From Nostoc sp. (GTDB lineage Bacteria > Cyanobacteriota > Cyanobacteriia > Cyanobacteriales > Nostocaceae), in the NCBI GenBank assembly GCA_036918135.1, contig JBALDB010000053.1, forward strand, positions 96,001 to 160,000: DNA of 64,000 bases, read 5' to 3'. Below the pieces are notes generated by a model. It was not told the DNA's origin. It saw only the letters and a program-made list of their open reading frames with translations, and ran no database searches. This document shows positions 28,934 through 39,110 of this stretch, piece by piece. Position 1 is the stretch's first letter. Each line of letters begins with the position of its first letter. The position numbers and the translations under genes were made by a program.

Positions 28934-31900
28934 TTACGAATTACGCATTACCCTATCAAGACTTGCACTCACACTTTCAGCATCCGGTGACTCCAATCGC
29001 TGCAAAATCTCTAAAGCTGGTTGCAAATAGGATATCGCTTTAGTGTATTCACCCTGCTGTTCTGCCAAATATCCTAACCTCCGCAGAGTCATTGCTTTGC
29101 CTTGGACATTACCAATGCGTTCATTTATTTCCAAAGACTGATTGTAGAGTGCGATCGCTTTATCCACTTCCCCTTTGTTAGCGTAGATATATCCCAGATT
29201 GTGCAACGTCGTCGCTTTGCCTTGGACATCACCAATGCGTTGAGTTATTTCCAAAGACTGATTATAGAGTGTGATCGCTTCATCCACTTTTCCTTTGTTG
29301 GCGTAGAGCATTCCCAGTTGGTGCAAGGTCATTGCTTTGCCTTGGACATTTCCAATTCTTTCTTCTATTTCCAAAGACTGATGGTAGAGTGCAATCGCTT
29401 CCTCCACTTCCCCTTTGTTGGCGTAGAGAATTCCCAGATTGTGCAACGTCGTCGCTTTGGTTTTGACATCACCAAAGTGTTCATTTATTTCCAAAGACTG
29501 ATTGTAGAGTGCGATCGCTTCATCCACATCCCCTTTGTTGGAGTAGATATATCCTAGATTGTTCAACGTCACCGCTTTGCCTTGGACATCACCAATGCGT
29601 TCTTTTATTTCCAAAGACTGATTGTAGAGTGCGATCGCTTGCTCAGCTTTCCCTTTGTTGGCGTAGATATATCCTAGATTGTTCAACGTCGCCGCTTTAC
29701 CTTGGACATCACCAATGCGTTCTTTTATTTCCAAAGACTGATTGTAGAGTGCGATCGCTTGATTCACTTTCCCTTTCTTGACGTAGATACCTGCTAGATT
29801 ATGAATTATTGCAGCTTTTTCTGTTTCGTCTGTTTCCCAACAAAATTCAAGTGCTTGCTGATAATACTGCTGTGCTTGTTCAACTTCACCGAGTTGTTCC
29901 TGAGAGCAAGCTATTTGATGTAAAACGCGGTAGTCTTGAGTCAGTTCTAGGGTAAATTTGCACAGTTGCACCGCTTCCCGAAAACGGCTTTGATTTTTCC
30001 AGTTATCTGCTAATAAACTAGCTATTTTCGCCGCAATTTCTTCGTCCTTCCCCAACAAAGCCAAGCGATGAATTTCTAACTTTTGTGCTTCCATAGCAGT
30101 TTCCTCTTTCCACCACAGGCAATACAAAATTTGTGCAGCTTGTTTATATAACTCTTCACCCTTGGGGTTCTCTGGAAACTCTAGCAACGGTGACAAAATC
30201 CGGGGAACACGATACAACCTCTGTGTGTTGTTGGTGAGGGTAACTTCCAACAAACCCAAAATTTCAGCGCGTTGAATATGACTTTCCCAACTTGAGATAT
30301 CCTCACAAATCGGGTCAATCGCAGCTTGAGGAACAGGTAACTCATACACCAACAACTTCCCCAACATCTTCCGCAAAGCTGGAGTTTGCTGCTTGAGCAA
30401 TTCCTCAGCCAAAATATCCTCACGAAATTCCTTTTCTTTTTCTGCCATCTTTTGCAGAATCATCTCAACTCCACTCTCGGCTGACGGCGACTTCGGGGAA
30501 TTTTGCAAAATCTTATCTAACCATTCCAACAGCCGAGGATTTCCATCTGCTGCTTTTTTGGCACGTTCCGGCAATTCTGGCTGAAATTGCCAACTGCCAT
30601 TAAACGAATCCAGACGATTATACTTTTTAATTAAATCTGCCCCACCCAAAGCCCCCAGAGGTTCGCGGTACAGACGATGATTCAGTTCCGACAATGTGAA
30701 ATCGTAGCGACAGGTAATAATTACCTTGTGGGGAAGTTGGGAATTTTGCATCGCCTTCAGCAACGCCAGCAGTACATCCACAACTTGTGGTTGCAAGACA
30801 TAAACCCCATTTCGTAATTCCAAATTTGCCTCAAAGTCATCCAGCACAAAGACAAAGCGCTGTTCTTTGGTATTCAGTCCTTCAGTGAAAAACTTGGTAA
30901 GGCGCTGCATCAAGGGTAACTTGCCATTAAGAATTTCATGCCCTCGTTCCGAGGTACATTGTTCAGCAAGGGTTTTGAGCAATTTATCCTCATCAAGTTG
31001 CCGAAAGTTCACCAGCCTGTGATAGCCAACCATCCTTTCCAGAAGTCGCGCTGTCACAGTACTCTTACCCACACCCCCCAGTCCGTGAATTAGTACCCCT
31101 AATGAAGTGCGAATAGCTTTGAGACAACGTTGCAAAGTCCGCCGTCTGCCAACAAACTCAGAGGGTTTCGCCACCCGCACCTGTTGGGTATCGGGATCTA
31201 AAAACTGTTCGTAAGCAGGTTCCGGTGCTGAGGGTGGCAAATCTCCCCACACTTCCACCAACGCACCTAGACATTCTCCCTGAATATATAACCGCAACAA
31301 ATGCCAGTCACGCACTTTCTGTTTAAACAACTGCTGGTAAGTGCTAGCGAGTGCTTGTGCTAATTCATATCCAGCTGCCAATTTGCCGTAGAGGTGTGCA
31401 GCGGCGGCTGTGGCTGTCCGGTCTTCCACAGTCCGCCCCCAACTTAAAACCGCCCTAGCCCCTTGGGCAATTAGTGCCTCAGCCATTGAAGGGACAGCCC
31501 CTTTATCTGCTGCTTGTCCAGTCCGACATCCAGACAAAAACACCAATTTTGGAAAGCGAAACCGGAAGACTTCCGCAAGTTCTGCGGCTGTAGTTTCGTG
31601 GCGTTCCCCGATTTCCGTCTCAGTGATAAAGTAAGGCGTGTAAGGTGCTGCATCTTTAATTGAGGCGTGTCCTGTGAGGTGAAACACATCAAAGTCATTA
31701 AAATAGCGACTCCACACCTTACCCAACTCGCTAACGCAACCGCTTTCTTCCACCCGCAAATCTACAGCAAAATCTCGCGTATCTGCCAGAATTCTCGCTT
31801 CTTCCTGTTCAAACTCTAACTTTGGTTGCACATCTTCCGGGTCGGTTGCCATAAACAATACTCGCAATTGTCGTGCTTCCACAGCAAACGGTTCCGTTTC

Positions 31901-32281
31901 TTTTTCAATCCAGCGCAAAGGTAAAACCACCGGATTAACCCGCTTTACCAAAAAATCCTCACTATCATGCAGCACTTCCCAAGGTAGATGCGCCAGTTTT
32001 TGCTCAATATCAATGGCAATCACCAACCCCTCAGCGCGACAGTTAGCAATTCCTCGACTCAACCACCGTCCATCACCATCCAACCAAAAAAATAACTGCC
32101 GCCCGATTCCTGGTAAATTGGGCAGCAGTTTATAGTAATCTCGTTCACCTTGTTTGAGTAAATCAGCGATTTCTGCGAGTTTCAGGCGACGTGATTCATA
32201 GTGCTTTACTTGAGGTAGCCAATACCTGAGTTCAACTGTTTCCTGCGTACTTTCCCGAAGTTGAATGCGGATAGTTTCCAC
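28934..32281 (-). CDS. CHAT (caspase-like) protease - STAND NTPase - TPR protein
   Basis: CHAT dyad VFHLTGHA / VFLSGCRTG; Walker A GLGGVGKST; Walker B VLDDFE; DGNPRLL; 40-aa TPR repeats. Confidence 0.9.
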   Translation of the reverse strand: METIRIQLRESTQETVELRYWLPQVKHYESRRLKLAEIADLLKQGERDYYKLLPNLPGIGRQLFFWLDGDGRWLSRGIANCRAEGLVIAIDIEQKLAHLPWEVLHDSEDFLVKRVNPVVLPLRWIEKETEPFAVEARQLRVLFMATDPEDVQPKLEFEQEEARILADTRDFAVDLRVEESGCVSELGKVWSRYFNDFDVFHLTGHASIKDAAPYTPYFITETEIGERHETTAAELAEVFRFRFPKLVFLSGCRTGQAADKGAVPSMAEALIAQGARAVLSWGRTVEDRTATAAAAHLYGKLAAGYELAQALASTYQQLFKQKVRDWHLLRLYIQGECLGALVEVWGDLPPSAPEPAYEQFLDPDTQQVRVAKPSEFVGRRRTLQRCLKAIRTSLGVLIHGLGGVGKSTVTARLLERMVGYHRLVNFRQLDEDKLLKTLAEQCTSERGHEILNGKLPLMQRLTKFFTEGLNTKEQRFVFVLDDFEANLELRNGVYVLQPQVVDVLLALLKAMQNSQLPHKVIITCRYDFTLSELNHRLYREPLGALGGADLIKKYNRLDSFNGSWQFQPELPERAKKAADGNPRLLEWLDKILQNSPKSPSAESGVEMILQKMAEKEKEFREDILAEELLKQQTPALRKMLGKLLVYELPVPQAAIDPICEDISSWESHIQRAEILGLLEVTLTNNTQRLYRVPRILSPLLEFPENPKGEELYKQAAQILYCLWWKEETAMEAQKLEIHRLALLGKDEEIAAKIASLLADNWKNQSRFREAVQLCKFTLELTQDYRVLHQIACSQEQLGEVEQAQQYYQQALEFCWETDETEKAAIIHNLAGIYVKKGKVNQAIALYNQSLEIKERIGDVQGKAATLNNLGYIYANKGKAEQAIALYNQSLEIKERIGDVQGKAVTLNNLGYIYSNKGDVDEAIALYNQSLEINEHFGDVKTKATTLHNLGILYANKGEVEEAIALYHQSLEIEERIGNVQGKAMTLHQLGMLYANKGKVDEAITLYNQSLEITQRIGDVQGKATTLHNLGYIYANKGEVDKAIALYNQSLEINERIGNVQGKAMTLRRLGYLAEQQGEYTKAISYLQPALEILQRLESPDAESVSASLDRVMRNS

Positions 32282-32282
32282 T

Positions 32283-32609
32283 TTATTTGCTGAGAGATTT
32301 GAGGATTTCCGTGATTTCCTCTATGGTAGCTTCTTCGAGTAAAATCCTGTTTCCAGTATCAGGGTCAAGAATTACTACATCAAATTGCTTTCCTGGATGA
32401 GATTGATGCCATTCTTGATACCATTTGCGGATTTGTTCAGCTAAAGCCACAGCACCGCCCACAATACCAACAATAGTAGCAACAGCCGCCAAAGTCCCCT
32501 CTCTTTGCGTCGGAACTTCGTAGCTTCCCGATATTCCAGGAATTTCTAGCAAAGCCTCGGCTGCTATTGGTGCGTCTTCACCCTCAATCCCAACTTGAAT
32601 TTCTGCCAT
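32283..32609 (-). CDS. Small partner protein of the CHAT-STAND gene with one Gly/Ala-rich hydrophobic helix (EACC1-like)
   Basis: AGGTGA RBS before ATG 32609; helix TLAAVATIVGIVGGAVALA; stop 1 nt before the CHAT gene GTG. Confidence 0.75.
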   Translation of the reverse strand: MAEIQVGIEGEDAPIAAEALLEIPGISGSYEVPTQREGTLAAVATIVGIVGGAVALAEQIRKWYQEWHQSHPGKQFDVVILDPDTGNRILLEEATIEEITEILKSLSK

Positions 32610-32810
32610 TAAATCACCTACGAATTTATACAAGATACTGTATATTCTGCGTTGAATTGGGGATAAGATTCACGCAAAAACACAAAGAGGATTGCAAAAT
32701 TATTTACTTACAGTTGTACCAATTGTCTAAAATAAGGCAACAGACGCAAACCTGGAAACCTAGATTAAATCTGAGTTTCTTCATTTTGAATTTTGAATTT
32801 TGAATTAATT

Positions 32811-33395
32811 ATGTCTCTTGCTCCTTGGCGAGGTGCGATCGCCCATGCACTTGATGCTAATAGTAGTCTTGCTTATGCTCGTTACCTCCAACTAGCAACG
32901 GTACAGGCAAACGGTCGCCCTGCAAATCGTACCCTAGTCTTTCGCGACTTTTTAGAAGAAACCAACCAGCTAAAATTTGTCATCGATAGCCGTAGCGCCA
33001 AGGCCGACCAAATACAGCAACAACCTTGGGCAGAAATTTGCTGGTACTTTCCCAATACACGAGAACAATTCCGAATCGCTGGCTGTTTGACTCTGGTAGG
33101 TAATGATGATTCCCACGAAGATTTACAGCCAGCACGTATTTCCATTTGGCAAGAACTGAGTGATGCTGCACGTTTACAGTTTGCTTGGCCTGATCCTGGT
33201 AAAGCTAGAGTCAATGAAGCACAAGCGTTTGAGCCACCAGCACCCGACCCCGTGCAACCACTGCCTAATTTTTGTCTACTGTTACTCGACCCAGTGCAAG
33301 TAGACCATTTAGAATTACGCGGCGAACCACAAAATAGAAGACTTTATGGCCGTAACGAAAATCAAGAATGGTTTTGTGAAGAAATTAATCCTTAA
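32811..33395 (+). CDS. FMN-binding pyridoxamine 5'-phosphate oxidase-like protein
   Basis: YLQLATV...RPANRTLVFR and DSRSAK. Confidence 0.85.
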   Translation: MSLAPWRGAIAHALDANSSLAYARYLQLATVQANGRPANRTLVFRDFLEETNQLKFVIDSRSAKADQIQQQPWAEICWYFPNTREQFRIAGCLTLVGNDDSHEDLQPARISIWQELSDAARLQFAWPDPGKARVNEAQAFEPPAPDPVQPLPNFCLLLLDPVQVDHLELRGEPQNRRLYGRNENQEWFCEEINP

Positions 33396-33480
33396 TTTTG
33401 TCAGTTAGGAGTTATGAGTTTGGAAAGCACAAAGTTAGCATTTATAATTTTTATTCTTCACTCTTAACTCCTAACTTTAT

Positions 33481-34248
33481 TTAAATACCCGCACCATCTA
33501 GAAACTCCTGTATTGCTTTATCTCTAAGTCTACACACAGGGGCATTTTCTGATAAATCAGCTTCCTTATAAGCTACAGAACCTGCCAATACAGGAGTTTT
33601 TTCATTTGCAGAATGAGTATGTTGAAGATTTTGTATTTGTTCTTCTAATAACTCAATCCGGTTTACTAAAGCACGAATTACTTCGGCTTCCGAGTCTGGT
33701 AGGTTATTGTGTTCTAATGGGCTAACTCTGACTCCAGAACGATAAACAATACGACCAGGTATCCCTACTACAGTACAGTCAGAAGGGACATCCCTGAGAA
33801 CAACTGACCCAGCGCCAATACGCACATTATTGCCAATTTGGATATTTCCCAGGACTTTTGCTCCAGCTCCGACTACAACATTTTCACCCACAGTAGGATG
33901 GCGCTTACCGCATTGTTTACCAGTCCCCCCAAGTGTGACACCTTGATAAATTAGGGCATAGTCTCCCACGATCGCAGTTTCACCAACTACTACACCCATC
34001 CCGTGGTCAATGAACACACCATGCCCAATTGTTGCACCTGGGTGAATTTCAATTCCAGTTAAAAACCGAGCCAAGTGAGAAATCAGGCGGGGGATAAAGG
34101 GAAGACCAACACTATAGAGCCAGTGAGCCAGCCTATGCAATAACAGGGCTTGTAAGCCGGGGTAACAAAATAAAACTTCCAACCAGTTACGAGCAGCCGG
34201 GTCACGTTCAAATATGATACGAAAGTCAGCATTTAGAGTAGATAGCAC
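33481..34248 (-). CDS. cysE: Serine O-acetyltransferase
   Basis: ERDPAAR, EIHPGA, FIDHGMG and RHPTVG hexapeptide region. Confidence 0.95.
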   Translation of the reverse strand: MLSTLNADFRIIFERDPAARNWLEVLFCYPGLQALLLHRLAHWLYSVGLPFIPRLISHLARFLTGIEIHPGATIGHGVFIDHGMGVVVGETAIVGDYALIYQGVTLGGTGKQCGKRHPTVGENVVVGAGAKVLGNIQIGNNVRIGAGSVVLRDVPSDCTVVGIPGRIVYRSGVRVSPLEHNNLPDSEAEVIRALVNRIELLEEQIQNLQHTHSANEKTPVLAGSVAYKEADLSENAPVCRLRDKAIQEFLDGAGI

Positions 34249-34415
34249 GAGATAGCACCCTCGAAAAGCACAACAAGCTACTCTTCCATTTTATCGTCTC
34301 AGGTGTTACAGCTAAAAATTGGCATTGGGGATTGCACGTGGGGCAAAAGCGATGCAGGCATAGAGGACAGATTTACTGCTACTTCTTTCCTGCTTTTGTG
34401 CTTCCCTACTCCCCA

Positions 34416-34907
34416 TCACTGCTGCTCGACTGTCAGGGTATAGTCGCGCTTCATCCCAGGATTAAATGTACCTACCCAAATCCGATAAGTGCCACTTTTC
34501 CAGTTACGATCGCTAATGCTAGCATCTTTACTTTTACCAGTATCATCGCCGCAACGAATTGTTGTTTTATCTGGCCCTTGAATGAGTAAAGTGGTATCGT
34601 TGTTATTGCTATCAATTTGTATTGTCAACTGCGAAAAGTCTTTTTGCAAAACCATAATGTGATCTGGAGTAGGAGCTGCAAAACCGATACAGGCTCTCTG
34701 ATCGCGATCGCGGTTACTAATGGCAGACAAGGAATAAGAACCACCCGTAAACCCCTCAACTCTTCCTTGTGCTGGTTCAAAGTTTTTTGACAGTGTTAAA
34801 GTACCAAAATTTGCTGTTTGTGCGATTACAGGGGTAGCTGTTAAGGTAGTAATTATAGCTAACAGCCAGCCGCCACGAAACTGAAGTCGGGGGCGACAGT
34901 ATTTCAT
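34416..34907 (-). CDS. Secreted hypothetical protein (PPC-like beta domain)
   Basis: Signal peptide; CIGFAAPTPDH and GTYRIWVG. Confidence 0.7.
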   Translation of the reverse strand: MKYCRPRLQFRGGWLLAIITTLTATPVIAQTANFGTLTLSKNFEPAQGRVEGFTGGSYSLSAISNRDRDQRACIGFAAPTPDHIMVLQKDFSQLTIQIDSNNNDTTLLIQGPDKTTIRCGDDTGKSKDASISDRNWKSGTYRIWVGTFNPGMKRDYTLTVEQQ

Positions 34908-35336
34908 AGTAGCCCTCCAACAGGCTTTTAAAATAGTGATGATATATACATATTTTAGTTAAAAAATTACAGTGAAATTTCAGTTGGATGTGCCACATTC
35001 AAATGTGCCACAATTAATATATTTGAAAGTAAGCAGTTAATTGCTAGATTGTCTTTCGTTTTAAAGAAAATCATTAAAGGATGATTTGAGTAATTGTTTG
35101 ATTGAATTATCTACTAGCAATAATGAATTTATAGGAAAAACTAAAGCAATATTTTATTAAATTAACTTGGCTATAAACAACTAAAAAATTCTAAGTTAGT
35201 TATTAAATATTTCTAGATTTCGAGGAAATTTAACAGCGGTTTGCAATCATACACAAAGGCTCCAAAAACTTTATTAAATAAGAAAGTACAGAAGATAAAA
35301 TAGTTTTTTACCTTCTGTACTTTGAGTCTGAAAATC

Positions 35337-37037
35337 TTAGGAATTATGAAGTTGGAAGAAAACGCCGCCTTTGAAGGCTCTTGTGTCAGTTCCATAACTA
35401 CTGACTGTGAGCGATCGCAGATTATTAAAAAACGGTTTTCCTAAAACTTCTACTAGCTTGAGAATTGGGATTTGACGCTCTAATAAATTCTGGCTTTTTG
35501 TCCAGTCAAGATAAATATAGCCTTGGTTTGGTTGAGGAATCGCAGCAATACTATTTTGAAAGTTGGGATTATTGATTAAAGAATTGTTCTTCGCTGTGAT
35601 AATTTCATCCATTGTTTCAAGGTCAGAGGTGAAAACTTCGTAATTTCCTAAGGTTGTATGCGCTCCCCGTATTTTTGTCTCAATGTTGAATAATGCTCCG
35701 TCTTTGTCATTGGTTTTTTTACTAGCTGTGGTTAACTCTGTCCAAGCAGAAATTTTTTGGTTGTCTATAGTCAATGGACTGATGGTGAGTCCATTGGCTG
35801 AAGCAATCGCATCTAAACGCGCTACGCCTTGTCCTACATCCTCAGATTTTTGGGCTACAAAAATCCAATGTGGGGTTGTTTGCTCTTGAGGTAACAATGC
35901 TACGGCATATTCTCCCTTTACCCAACTAAAAACATCCTCTGGCAAATTTATTCCCCAGCGTTTTTGAGCTTCGCCTAAAGGTTTTACAAATTGAGAAACC
36001 ACATCTTCCTGAGAACCGTATATCGTCGCTGTTGCTTGTTTCCAGAGTTTTGCGAAATTACTGTTAGCCAAATTACTCAAATCCAAGCCAGAAATTGCTA
36101 AACCCGCTGATGCTGGAACATATTCCAATGCTCCTACAGATTTAGTTAATGGTGGAGATGGGGAAACAATTTCTGATGAAGTCACAAAGGTGGTTTCTGC
36201 TAGCAATCCTTTTTTATTCAACATCAAGGAAATGATTTCACTATTATATGTTTGCTCTGCCAGTTCTAATCCTTGCCATTTTGCTATGAAGGGAAGATTC
36301 AAAAAAGCCGTAGCTAAACTTCCTTTTGGTAATTGTTTGATAGCTTTTTGGTATTCGCGAGAGCTAGTCAAATTTAGATCTGGAGCTTGGACGTTATTAA
36401 TAGCCTCTTTTAGTACTTTCGGATCGTTAGCAAACAACACAAAGCCTTCGCCAACAACAGCACCAGCTAAATTATTTTGGATTGTGGATCTGGGAATTTG
36501 GATTTTATTTTCTGCGATCGCTTCTTGGTTGTCATAAATCACCTTTACACCTTTGTATTCTTCAACACCTAAGTTGGCGCCAGCTAGCGCTCGTTTAGAA
36601 AATAACAACTCCACAAACTCACGACTTTTTTCTGATTGTTCGCTTGCAAGTGCCAAAAGATACCCTGGTTGCTGTCCATTTTCCGGGTCGCGATCGATGT
36701 CTAGGGTGGTGATAGCCAGTGTAATTTCATTGCCTAACCAGGGTTTAATATCTTGTTGGTAATCTATACCACTCTTAGCCAAGAAACTAGTTTTGAGTTT
36801 AGATAGTTCGCCTTCACGCTCCAGTGCTTGCAAACGTTCAGGATTTGTCAGTAATGACACCATCACTGGCGCAAGTTTGGATACGAATATTGTTGCACCA
36901 GGTTGGGAGGTAGGAGCAATTAGCTGAGCCGGACTTTTTGGAAAAAACCAGTAAAAGCCTGCAATCGCAATCGCTAATACTGCGATCGCACCAGCTACGA
37001 TAAAACCGATGAATGAGCGTTGTCTATTCACATTCAA
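35337..37037 (-). CDS. DUF3352-type membrane-anchored protein
   Basis: N-terminal TM helix; DYQQDIKPWLGNEIT. Confidence 0.75.
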   Translation of the reverse strand: MNVNRQRSFIGFIVAGAIAVLAIAIAGFYWFFPKSPAQLIAPTSQPGATIFVSKLAPVMVSLLTNPERLQALEREGELSKLKTSFLAKSGIDYQQDIKPWLGNEITLAITTLDIDRDPENGQQPGYLLALASEQSEKSREFVELLFSKRALAGANLGVEEYKGVKVIYDNQEAIAENKIQIPRSTIQNNLAGAVVGEGFVLFANDPKVLKEAINNVQAPDLNLTSSREYQKAIKQLPKGSLATAFLNLPFIAKWQGLELAEQTYNSEIISLMLNKKGLLAETTFVTSSEIVSPSPPLTKSVGALEYVPASAGLAISGLDLSNLANSNFAKLWKQATATIYGSQEDVVSQFVKPLGEAQKRWGINLPEDVFSWVKGEYAVALLPQEQTTPHWIFVAQKSEDVGQGVARLDAIASANGLTISPLTIDNQKISAWTELTTASKKTNDKDGALFNIETKIRGAHTTLGNYEVFTSDLETMDEIITAKNNSLINNPNFQNSIAAIPQPNQGYIYLDWTKSQNLLERQIPILKLVEVLGKPFFNNLRSLTVSSYGTDTRAFKGGVFFQLHNS

Positions 37038-37174
37038 CCTATTAAAAAAGATAGTTCACAGCCATTTAAGCAGAAACCCCAGCCTCTGGCTGCGTCTTGT
37101 TGAGAATCGATGCTCATGCCAAGGCAGAAATTTTCTGTCACTATAAATGAATTAGAATTGTTCACAAAAGCCCC

Positions 37175-37534
37175 ATGACAGAGAACTCTTTTAGTCAATC
37201 TATTGCTCATATTAGTGTAGAGGAACTAGCACAACGTCTCGCTTCAGGCGATACAAGCATCCAGCTAGTAGATGTGCGAGAACCACAAGAATTGGCGATC
37301 GCTAGCATTGAGGGCTTTGTCAATTTACCTTTAAGTGAATTTGCCGAATGGGGAGATCAAATACCTACTATCTTCAATCCCCAAGCTGAAACCCTTGTGC
37401 TGTGTCACCACGGTATCCGCTCCGCTCAGATGTGCCAGTGGTTAATTGCTCAAGGATTTACAAATGTGCAAAATATTTCTGGTGGTATTGATGCTTACTC
37501 TAAATTAGTAGACCCCTCAATTCCCCAGTATTAG
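37175..37534 (+). CDS. Rhodanese-like sulfurtransferase
   Basis: DVRE, CHHGIRS and GGIDAY. Confidence 0.9.
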   Translation: MTENSFSQSIAHISVEELAQRLASGDTSIQLVDVREPQELAIASIEGFVNLPLSEFAEWGDQIPTIFNPQAETLVLCHHGIRSAQMCQWLIAQGFTNVQNISGGIDAYSKLVDPSIPQY

Positions 37535-37961
37535 CCTCTCAAGCTTATACATTACTCAGATGGGACTTACTCTTCCATCTGACTTTTGCGATCGTGACAG
37601 TAGTAAATTAATCTGGAGGTTTGCTAAGACAGCTTGCGACTTTATACATTTAGCATAAATGTATGGAATTTTTAGACTTTAGCATAGCAGCGATCGCTAG
37701 AAAAATACGTATTTAATAATACTGTTTGCAATATATATTTATGCAAAAATACGGTTAGACAATCATCAGTCTTTGTAGTAAAGAGAGACTATATTCGCAC
37801 CACAGCTTCAACAGTGTTATATGTAAACTTTCGGATTAGTTATCACAATATATATAGTATAATCTATTATCTTAATTAATTATTAATAATATCTGTATAG
37901 CACCGAATCCCCAAACTTTTTCAAAGTTTGATTAAAATTTGCACTCAGCAAAGCATACCCT

Positions 37962-39098
37962 ATGGAAGTTCAGTTGACAAATCGACAACAGCATATACTT
38001 TGGGCAACGATACGTCACTACATAGCTACAGCAGAGCCTGTTGGCTCAAAGGCTTTAGTCGAGGAGTACGACTTGGGTGTTAGCTCAGCCACGATTCGCA
38101 ATGTCATGGGTGTTTTAGAAAAGTCTGGGTTACTTTATCAGCCACACACCTCTGCTGGGCGAGTACCTTCAGACTCAGGTTATCGCATTTATGTTGACCA
38201 GCTAATTACACCTTCTCTGCAAGACGCTACGCGTAGCTTGCTTCCACGTTCGCATAGCGTCCCGCAGGGAAGTGGTACGGATTTAGCTAAAAAAGTAGAA
38301 GTGGCACTGCAAAAGCGCCTCCACTGGGAAGATTGGAGTTTAGAATCTTTATTGCAAGGAGCTGCACAAATTCTCGCAACCTTGAGTGGCTGCATCAGCT
38401 TGATTACCATGCCCCAAACCACTACAGCACTAGTGCGACATTTGCAATTAGTGCAGATTGAAGCGGGAAAGATCGTGCTGATTGTGGTGACTGATGCTTA
38501 TGAGACACATTCTAGATTGATGGATTGGTCGCCAGCACCAGAGGAAACACAACGCGATTCAGAGGTAATCGATCGCGAGTTGCAAATCGTTTCTAACTTT
38601 TTAAATAGCCACTTGCGCGGGCGAAGTTTGTTGGAATTAGCTTATCTCGACTGGAGTCAATTAGATCGAGAATTCCAACGCTACGGGGAATTCCTCAAAA
38701 ATTCAGTTGCAGAATTGACTCGTCGTACTCTTGCTCCGACTGCAACACAAATTATGGTTCGAGGTGTAGGAGAAGTTTTGCGCCAGCCAGAATTTTCTCA
38801 GTTACACCAAGCGCAAACAATTATCCACCTGCTGGAAGAAGAACAAGACCAACTGTGGCGATTAATATTTGAGGAACCAGAGTCGGAAGATCTAGGTAAA
38901 TCAAAAGTAACTGTTCGCATTGGTGCGGAAAATCCTTTAGAACCGATACGCACCTGTAGCTTAATTTCTTCCACCTATCGCCGAGGCTCAGTACCAGTAG
39001 GAAGCGTAGGAGTTTTGGGGCCAACGCGCCTAGATTATGAAAGTGCGATCGCTGTTGTGGCGGCTGCTGCTGATTACCTCTCAGAAGCTTTCAGTTAG
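37962..39098 (+). CDS. hrcA: Heat-inducible transcription repressor
   Basis: [25 protein letters not shown] and [10 protein letters not shown]. Confidence 0.95.
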   Translation: MEVQLTNRQQHILWATIRHYIATAEPVGSKALVEEYDLGVSSATIRNVMGVLEKSGLLYQPHTSAGRVPSDSGYRIYVDQLITPSLQDATRSLLPRSHSVPQGSGTDLAKKVEVALQKRLHWEDWSLESLLQGAAQILATLSGCISLITMPQTTTALVRHLQLVQIEAGKIVLIVVTDAYETHSRLMDWSPAPEETQRDSEVIDRELQIVSNFLNSHLRGRSLLELAYLDWSQLDREFQRYGEFLKNSVAELTRRTLAPTATQIMVRGVGEVLRQPEFSQLHQAQTIIHLLEEEQDQLWRLIFEEPESEDLGKSKVTVRIGAENPLEPIRTCSLISSTYRRGSVPVGSVGVLGPTRLDYESAIAVVAAAADYLSEAFS

Positions 39099-39110
39099 GT
39101 TGCTAAAATT

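Noticed and set aside
29102..29781. Plus-strand ORFs over the TPR repeats; possible DGR template/variable repeat pair
   Set aside because: They are antisense shadows. No reverse transcriptase is present and the differences between units are not adenine-specific.
34988..35012. Direct repeat ATGTGCCACA x2 upstream of the 34907 gene
   Set aside because: Could be an operator, but two 10-mers alone are not enough evidence.
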